A stretch of DNA of 64,000 bases from Thiomicrorhabdus sp. (GTDB lineage Bacteria > Pseudomonadota > Gammaproteobacteria > Thiomicrospirales > Thiomicrospiraceae). The notes below the pieces were generated by a model. It searched no databases. It saw only the letters and a program-made list of their open reading frames with translations, and had not been told where the DNA came from. The stretch is taken from the NCBI RefSeq assembly GCF_041583835.1, contig NZ_JBFHFC010000001.1:151524-215523 (forward strand), given 5' to 3'. Made by a program: the position numbers and the translations under genes. This document shows positions 33,318-43,635 of the stretch, one piece after another. The first letter of the stretch is position 1. Each line of letters begins with the position of its first letter.

Positions 33318-35161
33318 TCATCCGTTCCTGTCGTCATATTTTGTTTTTCCAACCAAAGTGATGAAGAATTTGCATCCAAATTCAATTGCACACGATCTTC
33401 AAGCGCCGGCGCCAATTGAATCTGTGTTTTTCTCAATTCATCCCTTCTAAAATAGTGGCACTCCCAGACTGGCAATTCGCCCTGAGGATTTAATCGTTTC
33501 AAACGGTTTTCGATTGAAGCTGCGTTCGCGGTTTTCAAACCATTCAGCGCGATAATTTCGTCTCCAGCCGCCAATCCTGCTTGATAAGCAGGTTGATGAT
33601 TCCAAACATGCGTCAACTTCACGGTTTGGTGCTCGGTATCGATTACATTGGCACCTAGATTTGACAGCAATACTTCGGCTTTCGTCTCACCGCCTTTGTC
33701 GCTCAGAGTCGTGGCACCGCGCAAACTAAACTCGATATTCTCGGCCTTAAACAAATCTTCAAACGGTAAATCTTGAGTGCCGTACAGATAGCTTTTAAAA
33801 AAGTCTTCCAAATCCACTCCGCTGACCAGCGAACAAATCGATTCAATCTGATACTCATCCAAACCGACACCCGCTTTGCCATAAAACTGCCACAAATGTA
33901 ACAAGACATCATCGAGTGATTTTTGATGTTGCGTGCGTTGGCGAATCAATAAATCCAGACCTAACGCAATCAAACTGCCTTTCGTGTAATAACTGATAAT
34001 TGCATTCGGTGCATTTTCGTCCTGTTGGTAAAACTTAGTCCAGGTTAACCAACTGGATTCCGCCACCGACTGATGCAAACGCCCGGGCATACGATAGACA
34101 CGTGTCATTTGTTCCGCTAGCAATTGCAAATATTTTTTCTGATCGATAAGACCCGCCCGTAACAAGATCAACGCATCGTAATAAGAGGTCACTCCCTCGA
34201 ACCACCATAATTGATTGGTGTAAGCTGGCTCTTTCAGATCGGACTCTTGATATACCTTAGGCTGAATACGCTTGACGTTCCACAAATGAAAGTATTCGTG
34301 ACTGCACAACTCCAAAAACTGTAAGTATCCATCCGTCGCTTCCTGCATTCCCGGATAGGGCAGATCGTCTCGGCTACACATCAAGGCAGTGGAATTGCGG
34401 TGTTCCAAACCGCCATAATCACTTCCCGTCACCATAACCTGAAACAGGTAACTTTCCATAGGAGCACCACCGAACATACAAATTTCGGTTTCACAAATTT
34501 TAACCAAGTCCTGTTTTAGACGTTCAGTATCGCATTCAAAAACACCGGTCAACACCATTCTATGTGGGATACCGCAAGCTTCAAAATGAATATCGACGAA
34601 ATCTCCCATCTCTACCGGGTAGTCGATTAAAGATGAATAGCTATCCGCTTGGTAAAATCCAAAACCCGATTCATCGATGTCGACACGGGGCATGCCACAA
34701 GCCACTTTCCAGCGATGCTCGCGACAAAAGTTCGTCGCAGAAATTTCAACCCGGCAACCCTGATCCCTTTGACCGTCCACAGCCAAAAAAACCGACGTAC
34801 CGTTGAAAAATGCATGGCTTTGATCGAAATGAGCGCCGCGAACCGATAAATCCCACGCATACACTTGGTACTTCAACGTCACAGGCCGACCGTCACTGGC
34901 AAATTCCCAGGTTGAAGTATCCACCGAACTCACATGCAGTGGATTCTGCTCGACATCGATTGCAGAAAGACCGATCAGATGTTTGGAAAAGTCGCGAATC
35001 AAATAACTGCCCGGAATCCAATTTGGCAACGAAACCGTTTGAATCGGTTGGGTAGGGCTTGGGATCGTCAATTCGACTTCAAACAAATGTCCGTTTGGAT
35101 CGGCGGGAATGATTCTATATTCAATACTCGAAGAGTGGTTCTGTAAAGCGGGGTTGGACAT
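33314..35161 (-). CDS. M61 glycyl aminopeptidase family metalloprotease with C-terminal PDZ domain
   Basis: HEYFHLWNVKRI zinc motif. PDZ-like GLAAGDEIIALNG near the C-terminus. Confidence 0.85.
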   Translation of the reverse strand: MSNPALQNHSSSIEYRIIPADPNGHLFEVELTIPSPTQPIQTVSLPNWIPGSYLIRDFSKHLIGLSAIDVEQNPLHVSSVDTSTWEFASDGRPVTLKYQVYAWDLSVRGAHFDQSHAFFNGTSVFLAVDGQRDQGCRVEISATNFCREHRWKVACGMPRVDIDESGFGFYQADSYSSLIDYPVEMGDFVDIHFEACGIPHRMVLTGVFECDTERLKQDLVKICETEICMFGGAPMESYLFQVMVTGSDYGGLEHRNSTALMCSRDDLPYPGMQEATDGYLQFLELCSHEYFHLWNVKRIQPKVYQESDLKEPAYTNQLWWFEGVTSYYDALILLRAGLIDQKKYLQLLAEQMTRVYRMPGRLHQSVAESSWLTWTKFYQQDENAPNAIISYYTKGSLIALGLDLLIRQRTQHQKSLDDVLLHLWQFYGKAGVGLDEYQIESICSLVSGVDLEDFFKSYLYGTQDLPFEDLFKAENIEFSLRGATTLSDKGGETKAEVLLSNLGANVIDTEHQTVKLTHVWNHQPAYQAGLAAGDEIIALNGLKTANAASIENRLKRLNPQGELPVWECHYFRRDELRKTQIQLAPALEDRVQLNLDANSSSLWLEKQNMTTGTDE

Positions 35162-35178
35162 AATGCAATACTCAAAAG

Positions 35179-36174
35179 TTAAGATTGTTTACTCATAATA
35201 TGAAGCGATTGATGTTTCCAGGCCAAAAAGGTCATCAGCGTTAAATGTAAAACCAATACCGATAACAGTGACAATAACAATCCGCCCAAATAACCGTAAA
35301 AAACAAGGTTTAAATGCTCAAACATGACCAGGCTGGCGACGGCCATCATGGTTAAAGGGAAAACGCTCGCCCAGGAAGCTAAACTGAATGGAATTTTACT
35401 GAAACGCAAAGTTTTACTTAACAGTAAAAAACTCAAAAACAGACCGGTATAAAACAAAACACGTGCAACCAGATCCACTTCCAGCGCACCATCCGAAGCC
35501 AAAGGCACATTCAACGCCAAATAAGATAAAAACCCTAAAGCAGGCGGCGCAATCAAAATAAACAGGGTCGGCTCAAGATAAGAAGCCAGTGGCGGATGAA
35601 AAAACAGTCGGTATAAAATCAAGCTGAATAGAATCAGCCAGAAAATCAGGCCGATACTTAAAAAGAACCATCCCAATTCAACCGGTAAGAATTGCGGCAA
35701 TCCCAAGGGGATCACCAACACCCCCACGACTGGTAAAAACCAGACGGGGTTCAAATCGGTTACCTGCCAATGCGTCTGATAAATCCAGTTTCTCACTATG
35801 TAAATGGTAATCACGAATTGCAGAATCGAACCGACGCTCCAGAACACAATTGATCCTATTTCGGAAAGGGGCTGGAACATAACACCCAACAAAATCATGC
35901 TAATACTAATACTGGAAAAGAAATTTCCTTCAGATGCGCCTTTCAATTCGTTTACGAAACGCGTGAAATGAAAAAACAACTTTAGAAAGTAAGTAAAGGT
36001 AAAGGCGATAAACAACAAAACACCAATCAATAACAACAGCTCGCTTATGGGCCAAGCGAACCCCATATTCCGTTCCAACAACTGGTAACCGTACGCCAAC
36101 CCCAGATAACCGACAACGACGCCGAACAGACTGATAGGAAATTCCGCAGATTGTAATACTAATTTCTGAAACAT
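35179..36174 (-). CDS. TehA/TDT (SLAC1-type) anion channel family protein, paralogue 2
   Basis: YRLFFHPPLA, LFILIAPPALG and SWASVFPLTM. Collinear with paralogue 1. Confidence 0.8.
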   Translation of the reverse strand: MFQKLVLQSAEFPISLFGVVVGYLGLAYGYQLLERNMGFAWPISELLLLIGVLLFIAFTFTYFLKLFFHFTRFVNELKGASEGNFFSSISISMILLGVMFQPLSEIGSIVFWSVGSILQFVITIYIVRNWIYQTHWQVTDLNPVWFLPVVGVLVIPLGLPQFLPVELGWFFLSIGLIFWLILFSLILYRLFFHPPLASYLEPTLFILIAPPALGFLSYLALNVPLASDGALEVDLVARVLFYTGLFLSFLLLSKTLRFSKIPFSLASWASVFPLTMMAVASLVMFEHLNLVFYGYLGGLLLSLLSVLVLHLTLMTFLAWKHQSLHIMSKQS

Positions 36175-36384
36175 ACTGAATATTGACTTAGCCCGATAGG
36201 ATGTAAAATCTTTTGAAATTTATTATACGTTTAATTTAAGGTTAATATAGATTGAACCATATAAGACTCGCCTTATAATCATAATCTAAACATTAAATAA
36301 ATCCTTGCCGCGGCAAAACCATGATCGGTTAATGTAATCGACCAATAAAACCGTAACCCGACAGTCATTTAATACGAGAGCCTG

Positions 36385-37398
36385 ATGAAAATCCGCTTTT
36401 CACCTTCAGTCATTTTTTTCGGTATCCCGATGGGACTGCTTGGAAGCGTGCTAAACGGCCGTCACCTCGAAAGTATGTTGGGGATTAAGATATTCTATGT
36501 CGACTGGTTACTCTGGTACGGTTGGATTGCGCTGATTGTCGTCAGCCTCGGTTTCCTGTTCGGATTTTTCACGCCAAGCCGCCAAAAACTTAAGGCGGAA
36601 TGGCTAAACAGCTTTCAGGTTTCCTTGTTTCCCTCAATTACGTTATCCCTCATACTGGGCATCGTCACCATACAGGAAACCTTTACACTCACCGCCACTC
36701 AACAAACCTGGCTATACGGCGCATATTTCAGTGTCGTGTTTTTGCATACCGTACTCAACGGCCTGCTCATCAACCGCTGGATCTTCGAGCCAAGCGTTCC
36801 GATCCAAAATCACAAACCGACCTGGTTTATTCTATTATCCGGTAACTTCGTCGTTGTCATTTCCGGCTCGACATTGTTTAGCCAACAACAACTTGAAGCG
36901 TGGCCGATATGGAGCGAATTACTCTGGCTTTACTTTTCAGCCGGTCTCTTAATCTGGTTCAGCTTTGCCGTCAGCCAGTTTTACCGCCTGTTTTTCGAAT
37001 CCAGCCTCGAAACCTCTCTACGTCCCAGCTTGTTTATCTTTCTGGCGCCGCCGTCCCTGGCCACGATTGCCTCGCTGTTTTTAATCGAACCCGATCTGGC
37101 TTTTTATCTACCACTGGAAAGTGATCTGCCAATGTTGACCTGGATGTTGTATAGCTTCGCGGCCTTCATGTTTCTTTTATGGTTTGTGTCGGCACGACAC
37201 TTTATCGGAGGAGGGTTAACGACGGCAGGGTGGGCTTATGTTTATCCTTTAGCCGCCTTTGGCTATGCAACCCAATACATGGCTCAAATACTCGACAGTT
37301 CACTTTTATATGCCGCCAGCATCTCAATATTCGCCCTTGTTACTTTATTTATCAGTTTATTGTCAGGTCTATTGATAATGCACATCATCAAGTCGTGA
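36385..37398 (+). CDS. TehA/TDT family protein, divergent paralogue 3
   Basis: Same 10-TM layout, with YRLFFESSLE, LFIFLAPPSLA and GWAYVYPLAA. Divergently transcribed from paralogue 2. Confidence 0.7.
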   Translation: MKIRFSPSVIFFGIPMGLLGSVLNGRHLESMLGIKIFYVDWLLWYGWIALIVVSLGFLFGFFTPSRQKLKAEWLNSFQVSLFPSITLSLILGIVTIQETFTLTATQQTWLYGAYFSVVFLHTVLNGLLINRWIFEPSVPIQNHKPTWFILLSGNFVVVISGSTLFSQQQLEAWPIWSELLWLYFSAGLLIWFSFAVSQFYRLFFESSLETSLRPSLFIFLAPPSLATIASLFLIEPDLAFYLPLESDLPMLTWMLYSFAAFMFLLWFVSARHFIGGGLTTAGWAYVYPLAAFGYATQYMAQILDSSLLYAASISIFALVTLFISLLSGLLIMHIIKS

Positions 37399-37459
37399 GA
37401 TTTAATCTTCGAGCGTTTATAATAGGCCTTTATTTTGAGATACCTTTAAGGAACTTTTT

Positions 37460-38872
37460 GTGATTCGTACTCGATTTGCGCCTAGCCCAACGGGCTATTT
37501 ACACATTGGTGGGGTAAGAACGGCCCTGTTTTCATGGTTATATGCCAAAAAACTTGGCGGTGACTTCATCTTAAGAATTGAAGATACCGACTTGGAGCGC
37601 TCCACTGAAGAGTCTGTTAACGCTATCCTTGAAGGTATGAGCTGGTTAGGTCTTGATTATGACCAAGGGCCTTTCTATCAGACTCACCGTTTCGAACGCT
37701 ATAAAGAAGTGATCGATATGCTGTTCGAAAAAGGGTTAGCTTACTACTGTTACGCAACGCCCGACGAACTCGACATCATGCGAGAAGCGCAAAAAGCGGC
37801 AGGGGAGAAGCCACGTTACGACGGTCGTTACCGTGATTTCACCGGAGAACCACCTGCCGGAGTCGAACCGGTTATCCGTTTTAAAAACCCGATTGACGGC
37901 GAAGTGGTCATCGACGATATGGTCAAAGGTAAAGTCGTTATCGGCAACAAAGAGCTAGACGACCTGATTATCGCCCGATCGGACGGTACGCCGACTTACA
38001 ACCTGACCGTGGTCGTTGACGACTGGGATATGGGCGTTTCTCACGTTATTCGCGGAGACGACCATCTAAATAACACACCGCGCCAGATCAACCTTTATAA
38101 AGCAATCGGTGCCGACGTGCCTAAATTCGCTCACATCCCGATGGTACTAGGAGAAGACGGAAGCCGTCTATCGAAACGCCACGGTGCCGTCAGCGTTTTA
38201 CAATACAAAGAGCAAGGATTCCTACCTGAAGCCTTATTGAACTACCTTGTACGTCTTGGATGGTCACACGGAGATCAAGAAATTTTCACGATCGATCAAA
38301 TGGTAGAATTTTTCGATTTAGACTCGGTAAACAGCTCTCCGTCGACCTTCAACAGCGACAAGCTGACCTGGATCAACGAACAGCACTTTAAAATGGCGAA
38401 GGCCGAACATTTAGCCAAACACCTTGCACCATTTATGGTTCAGCACGGATGCGACCTATCTCAAGGACCGGATTTGGCCGATGTTGCGGATCTATTAAGA
38501 GACCGTGCCAAGACTTTCGTAGAAATGGCCCAATCTGCGACGTATTTCTATAACGATTTTGAAACCTTTGAAGAGGGGGCCGCTAAGAAGCACCTTCGCC
38601 CGGTTGCGGAAGAACCTTTAAAAGTTCTACTGACTAAACTGGAAGCCATTCAAGACTGGAAAGCGGAAGCGATTCACGAGGCAATTCAGGCCACAACCGA
38701 AGAACTTGAAATCGGCATGGGTAAAATCGGGATGCCGCTACGTGTTGCCATCACGGGAGGAGGGCAGTCACCCGCCATTGATGCAACGGCCCAACTGATC
38801 GGAAAATCACGCAGCATTGAACGTATTCATCTTGCATTGAATTTCATCGAAGCACGCAAAGAGGCTTCTTAA
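37460..38872 (+). CDS. gltX: Glutamate--tRNA ligase
   Basis: GTG start. [14 protein letters not shown] (HIGH) and LSKRHG (KMSKS) motifs. Confidence 0.95.
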   Translation: MIRTRFAPSPTGYLHIGGVRTALFSWLYAKKLGGDFILRIEDTDLERSTEESVNAILEGMSWLGLDYDQGPFYQTHRFERYKEVIDMLFEKGLAYYCYATPDELDIMREAQKAAGEKPRYDGRYRDFTGEPPAGVEPVIRFKNPIDGEVVIDDMVKGKVVIGNKELDDLIIARSDGTPTYNLTVVVDDWDMGVSHVIRGDDHLNNTPRQINLYKAIGADVPKFAHIPMVLGEDGSRLSKRHGAVSVLQYKEQGFLPEALLNYLVRLGWSHGDQEIFTIDQMVEFFDLDSVNSSPSTFNSDKLTWINEQHFKMAKAEHLAKHLAPFMVQHGCDLSQGPDLADVADLLRDRAKTFVEMAQSATYFYNDFETFEEGAAKKHLRPVAEEPLKVLLTKLEAIQDWKAEAIHEAIQATTEELEIGMGKIGMPLRVAITGGGQSPAIDATAQLIGKSRSIERIHLALNFIEARKEAS

Positions 38873-38933
38873 TACTGAATAAATAAACGATAGCCGATCG
38901 GCTAAGGTCTCGTTTATTCAGTCATTGAATGAT

Positions 38934-38960
38934 AAAAAGGGGTGAAAGCCCCTTTTTTTT
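38934..38960 (+). terminator. Rho-independent terminator after gltX
   Basis: aaaaagggg-tgaaag-cccc followed by T8. Confidence 0.85.
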
Positions 38961-39144
38961 ATTTTTAACCCGAGCAATCAACCCCGACTCTCAGGGCAAA
39001 TAAAAGCATCTTCACCGGAATAAAATTAATCGAAATATTCACTTGCCTAAGCGAACCCACCATTTCCACAAACCTAAAATCAAACACTTAACGTAAGTTC
39101 GATAAAATTGCTAAAAAAGTGTCATATTTTTTTAAATAAAGTCT

Positions 39145-39172
39145 TGACGCTTCCCAGCATATCTATATAATA
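39145..39172 (+). promoter_or_regulatory. Strong sigma70 promoter of the tRNA operon
   Basis: TTGACG (39145-39150), 16-nt spacer, TATAAT (39167-39172). An AT-rich UP-like tract lies upstream and a GC-rich discriminator (acgcaccc) downstream, 18 nt before tRNA-Ala. Confidence 0.75.
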
Positions 39173-39189
39173 CGCACCCATCAGCTCGA

Positions 39190-39265
39190 GGGGCTATAGC
39201 TCAGCTGGGAGAGCGCAACACTGGCAGTGTTGAGGTCAGCGGTTCGATCCCGCTTAGCTCCACCA
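39190..39265 (+). tRNA. tRNA-Ala (anticodon GGC)
   Basis: Cloverleaf folded by hand. Acceptor GGGGCTA/TAGCTCC, anticodon loop CTGGCAG, TPsiC GGTTCGATCC, encoded CCA. Confidence 0.93.
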
Positions 39266-39367
39266 AGTTGATAATATAGTTCACGAAGTTCGGTAGCGAG
39301 AACTTCACCAAACTGAAAGGCATTTCAGTTTAGATTTTTAAGAAATTAAAAGTCGCTTTTACAATGC

Positions 39368-39443
39368 GTCCCGTTCGTCTAGAGGCCTAGGACACGGCCC
39401 TTTCACGGCTGTAACAGGGGTTCGACTCCCCTACGGGACGCCA
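39368..39443 (+). tRNA. tRNA-Glu (anticodon UUC)
   Basis: Acceptor GTCCCGT/ACGGGAC, anticodon loop CTTTCAC, encoded CCA. Confidence 0.93.
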
Positions 39444-39447
39444 TTAT

Positions 39448-39522
39448 GCGGGAATAGCTCAGCGGTAGAGCACAACCTTGCCAAGGTTGGGGTCGCGAGT
39501 TCGATCCTCGTTTCCCGCTCCA
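39448..39522 (+). tRNA. tRNA-Gly (anticodon GCC)
   Basis: Acceptor GCGGGAA/TTCCCGC, anticodon loop TTGCCAA, encoded CCA. Confidence 0.93.
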
Positions 39523-39605
39523 TATTTAAGTGGGTTGAAATCAGGCTATTAGGCCAGCATTACTGAATTCAACCGACTGTTAGCTGAGATGCTAACAAAC
39601 AATCT

Positions 39606-39681
39606 GTCCCGTTCGTCTAGAGGCCTAGGACACGGCCCTTTCACGGCTGTAACAGGGGTTCGACTCCCCTACGGGACGCCA
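39606..39681 (+). tRNA. tRNA-Glu (anticodon UUC), second identical copy
   Basis: Sequence identical to 39368-39443. Confidence 0.93.
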
Positions 39682-39687
39682 CATACT

Positions 39688-39715
39688 AAAAGCTCACTTT
39701 ACGTGGGCTTTTTTT
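39688..39715 (+). terminator. Rho-independent terminator of the tRNA operon
   Basis: agctcac/gtgggct stem (one G-U pair), 5-nt loop, T-run. Confidence 0.7.
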
Positions 39716-39910
39716 ATTTCTAGCCTTTAAAACTTCCGACTGTTAAACTAAAAAACATCAGTAAACTTTCCAACTGAACTCCCACCTACAACGTTGTAGT
39801 CTCAACAAACTAATAAATAACGAAAAATCATGCTGCCCGTATGTTTTTACAATCATTCTGTCATAAACCGCGGTTACAATGATTTTTCAACCTAATCTTA
39901 CGGAGTGATT

Positions 39911-41359
39911 ATGTCGCAAGCGGATATTGGATTAATTGGTCTCGCAGTCATGGGACAAAACCTGGTGTTAAACATGGCTGATCACGGATTCAGCGTAGCG
40001 GTGTACAATCGCAGTCCAGAAAAAACCAACGACTTTTTAGCGGGAGAAGCGTCCGATAAATCGATTATCGGCACCTATTCACTACAAGAACTTGTCGATT
40101 CGTTGAAAGCACCTCGCAAAGTGATGCTTATGGTTAAAGCCGGCGACGTTGTCGACGCGTTTATCGATCAACTTGTACCGCTGCTTGACCAAGGCGACAT
40201 CATCATAGACGGCGGAAATTCGCTTTACATCGACTCAACCCGCCGCACACACTCACTCAAAGAAAAAGGGATTCTCTTTATCGGTACCGGCGTTTCCGGC
40301 GGAGAAGAGGGCGCTCGTAACGGTCCATCGATCATGCCCGGCGGAAATCCACTTGCCTGGGAGGCTGTCAAACCGATCTTCCAATCCATCGCGGCGCATG
40401 TAGATCACGAAGCTTGTTGTGACTGGGTAGGGGACGAAGGCGCCGGACATTACGTCAAAATGGTACACAACGGTATCGAATACGGCGACATGCAACTTAT
40501 TTCAGAAGCCTACCAATTAATGCGTGAAGGGCTGAAAATGTCGCCCGAAGAGTGCCATGAGGTTTTTGCGGAATGGAATAAAGGAGTTTTGGATTCCTAC
40601 CTAATCGAGATTACCGCCGACATTTTGACGTTTAAAGACGCAGACGGTTCGCCGCTGATCGATAAAATCCTCGATGCCGCAGGACAGAAAGGAACCGGTA
40701 AATGGACGGGAATCAACTCCCTGGAAATGGGGGTTCCTTTGACCCTGATTACCGAATCCGTCTATGCTCGCTGCCTCTCTTCTTTAAAAGAAGAACGGGT
40801 TACAGCCTCTAAAATTTATCCTCGCCAGCCAGCTCCGACACTAGACAATAAACAAACGGTTCTGCAAGCCATTCACGACGCCCTATACGCTTCAAAAATC
40901 ATCTCCTATACGCAAGGTTACATGCTGATGAAAGAAGCGGCTAAAGCTTATGCTTGGGATTTAAACTATGGCGGAATCGCCTTGATGTGGCGTGGCGGCT
41001 GTATTATTCGCAGTACTTTCTTGGGTGAAATCAAACGCGCCTTCGACGAAGTGCCTGACCTGCAAAACCTACTGCAAGACAGTTTCTTTGAAAACGCCAT
41101 TAAAGCTGCCGAATCCAACTGGAGAGAAGCGATTATCTTCGGCATCCAGCAGCGCATTCCAACACCGGCCCTAAGCTCCGCTCTGGCATTCTTCGACGGT
41201 TATCGTAGCGAAACCGTATCTGCCAACATGCTTCAGGCTCAGCGTGATTATTTTGGCGCACACACTTATGAACGTGTAGACGCGCCAAGAGGCGAACGTT
41301 TCCATACCGACTGGATTCAATCCGGCGGAAATATTAGCTCTACAAGTTACGAGGTATAA
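39911..41359 (+). CDS. gnd: 6-phosphogluconate dehydrogenase (decarboxylating)
   Basis: IGLIGLAVMGQNL NADP fold and the HNGIEYGDMQLI signature. ATG at 39911 (an in-frame GTG lies at 39905). Confidence 0.95.
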   Translation: MSQADIGLIGLAVMGQNLVLNMADHGFSVAVYNRSPEKTNDFLAGEASDKSIIGTYSLQELVDSLKAPRKVMLMVKAGDVVDAFIDQLVPLLDQGDIIIDGGNSLYIDSTRRTHSLKEKGILFIGTGVSGGEEGARNGPSIMPGGNPLAWEAVKPIFQSIAAHVDHEACCDWVGDEGAGHYVKMVHNGIEYGDMQLISEAYQLMREGLKMSPEECHEVFAEWNKGVLDSYLIEITADILTFKDADGSPLIDKILDAAGQKGTGKWTGINSLEMGVPLTLITESVYARCLSSLKEERVTASKIYPRQPAPTLDNKQTVLQAIHDALYASKIISYTQGYMLMKEAAKAYAWDLNYGGIALMWRGGCIIRSTFLGEIKRAFDEVPDLQNLLQDSFFENAIKAAESNWREAIIFGIQQRIPTPALSSALAFFDGYRSETVSANMLQAQRDYFGAHTYERVDAPRGERFHTDWIQSGGNISSTSYEV

Positions 41360-41365
41360 ACATCT

Positions 41366-42868
41366 ATGCCCGTCAACAACATACCTTGTACCTATATCAT
41401 CTTCGGTGCAACCGGAAACCTTTCTTTAACCAAGTTAATGCCCGCATTTTATCACTTGGAAACGGAAGGACGCCTCGCCGACGACCTTAACATCGTCGCT
41501 ATCGGTCGCCGCGAGATTACCGACACCGAATGGCAACAAAAAATTCTCGAAGCCGTTGAAAAAACGGCTCGGGGCGGTATAAGCAAAGCCACTTTCGCTA
41601 AATTCGCCCAACGCCTGTCCTATTTTAAAATGGACACCAACAATAAAAGCCGCTACCCGGAACTCAAGTCATTCATCTCCGAAAAAGGCTGGTCTTCAAA
41701 CATGGCTTTCTACCTATCCATGAGCCCTTCGGATTTTGGCCCCGTCGTCAAAAACCTCGGTGAAGCAGACCTGCTGGATCAATCGGAAGGTTGGAAGCGC
41801 GTCGTACTTGAAAAACCGTTCGGATACGATCTTGATTCCGCTAAAGCACTTCAATACCAGCTTAACCACTATTTGACTGAAGAACAGACCTATCGCATCG
41901 ACCATTACCTCGGAAAAGGCATGGTACAAAATATCATGGTCTTCCGCTTCGCCAACTTATTGATGGAACCGCTCTGGAACCGTAATTACATCGATCACGT
42001 CCAAATAACGCATTCCGAAGACCGTCCGGTAGGTAGCCGAGCAGGCTATTACGATACCAGTGGTGCCATGCGCGACATGATACAAAGCCACCTTTTGCAA
42101 CTTCTTGCACTGGTGGCCATGGAACCGCCGGCCTCAATGGATGCCGAGGCATTACGCGACGAAAAGGTAAAACTCCTGAATTCGATCCGACCGATCTTGA
42201 AAAAGAACGTCAATGCACAGGCCTACCGCGCCCAGTACGGTAAAGGAACCATTCATGGTCAAGCCGTGAAATCCTACCTGGAAGAAGAGGGCGTTAGTGA
42301 AGAGAGCGTTACCGAGACTTATGCCGCGCTAAAATTGTATATCGACAATTGGCGCTGGGAAGGCGTGCCTTTTTACCTGCAAACCGGTAAAAACATGCCT
42401 AAAAGCCAAACCCTGATTTCAATTTGCTTTAAACATCCTCCACAACAATTTTTCAAAGCTTCCCAGGTCAAGAAAATGAAACCTAACTGGATTATTTTCA
42501 ACATCCAGCCTGAAGAAAGCATCAAGGTAGAGATGACTGCAAAACAGCCCGGTTTAGAGATCGATACGCGCCAAGTCAGCCTGGATGCAAGTCTTAGCCA
42601 CAAAGAAGGTTTCACCGTAGACGCTTATGAGGAATTATTGCTTGATGTCATCAAAGGCGACCGCTCTTTATTCCTACGCTACGACGAAGTGAAAGCGGCG
42701 TGGAGCATTGTCGATCCCGTCATCCAAGCCTGGGCGTCCAATACAAGCTATATCGATACTTATCCGTCCGGAAGCTGGGGACCGAAAGACGCCAACAAAC
42801 TGTTCGATCATCCCGAACAGGAATGGCGTCATAATGACGAGCCTGACGAGGACAAGCATGAAGTATGA
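41366..42868 (+). CDS. zwf: Glucose-6-phosphate 1-dehydrogenase
   Basis: [17 protein letters not shown] and EKP motifs. Confidence 0.95.
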   Translation: MPVNNIPCTYIIFGATGNLSLTKLMPAFYHLETEGRLADDLNIVAIGRREITDTEWQQKILEAVEKTARGGISKATFAKFAQRLSYFKMDTNNKSRYPELKSFISEKGWSSNMAFYLSMSPSDFGPVVKNLGEADLLDQSEGWKRVVLEKPFGYDLDSAKALQYQLNHYLTEEQTYRIDHYLGKGMVQNIMVFRFANLLMEPLWNRNYIDHVQITHSEDRPVGSRAGYYDTSGAMRDMIQSHLLQLLALVAMEPPASMDAEALRDEKVKLLNSIRPILKKNVNAQAYRAQYGKGTIHGQAVKSYLEEEGVSEESVTETYAALKLYIDNWRWEGVPFYLQTGKNMPKSQTLISICFKHPPQQFFKASQVKKMKPNWIIFNIQPEESIKVEMTAKQPGLEIDTRQVSLDASLSHKEGFTVDAYEELLLDVIKGDRSLFLRYDEVKAAWSIVDPVIQAWASNTSYIDTYPSGSWGPKDANKLFDHPEQEWRHNDEPDEDKHEV

Positions 42869-43568
42869 CTCCTTACCTTCCAACTGGCAACTGTTCGACA
42901 GCGCGTCTAAAGTCGCGCAGAAAACAGTTGAAGCCGTTTGCGAAGTGGCTAAGGAATCCATAGAACGAAACGGAGCTTTTCACTTCGTCACGGCCGGCGG
43001 TACAACTCCTCTCGAAGTTTATAGTCTATTAGCTAAGCTTGAAAACTCGCCTGATGGAAAGATGATAGATTGGTCAAAGTGGCACATCTATATGGGGGAC
43101 GAACGCTGCCTGCCTGCTAACGACCCTGAACGTAACAGTTTGGCACTGTACGAAACATGGTTAAAACACAGTCGAATCCCTCAAAACCAAATTCACTATA
43201 TGCCCGCCGAACTCGGAGCAAAGAAAGCGGCTCAAGCTTATGAAGAAATCGTTTCAGGCGTCGTATTCGACGTCGTGATGCTTGGCATGGGTGAGGACGG
43301 ACACACGGCCAGCCTGTTTCCGGGACACAGTCACGAGGCGGAAGCCTCGCAACTGGTTCAAACAGAATTCGACTCGCCAAAACCACCGGCTGAAAGAGTA
43401 ACCTTGTCAGCTCAATGCTTGGGAAACAGCAGATATCTATTTAAAATCGTAACCGGAGCCGGTAAAAAAGAGGCTGTCAAACAATGGCTATCGGGAATGG
43501 ACTTACCTATTGCAACCGTAAGAGGGGAACAAACCACCATTTTCATCAGTGAAGACAGCCTGCCGTAA
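42858..43568 (+). CDS. pgl: 6-phosphogluconolactonase
   Basis: [17 protein letters not shown] and [15 protein letters not shown] motifs. The ATG at 42858 overlaps the zwf stop by 11 nt. The ORF is open from 42708. Confidence 0.85.
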   Translation: MKYDSLPSNWQLFDSASKVAQKTVEAVCEVAKESIERNGAFHFVTAGGTTPLEVYSLLAKLENSPDGKMIDWSKWHIYMGDERCLPANDPERNSLALYETWLKHSRIPQNQIHYMPAELGAKKAAQAYEEIVSGVVFDVVMLGMGEDGHTASLFPGHSHEAEASQLVQTEFDSPKPPAERVTLSAQCLGNSRYLFKIVTGAGKKEAVKQWLSGMDLPIATVRGEQTTIFISEDSLP

Positions 43569-43635
43569 CATACGAACAAACAATCTAAGTTCAACACTAC
43601 TCTTCACCGTTTAGAAGAAAAATAAGAACAATAGG

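Noticed and set aside
39682-43568. Possibility that gnd-zwf-pgl is a genomic island integrated at the tRNA-Glu gene.
   Set aside because: I saw no integrase, no duplicated tRNA 3' end or direct repeat, and no obvious compositional break.
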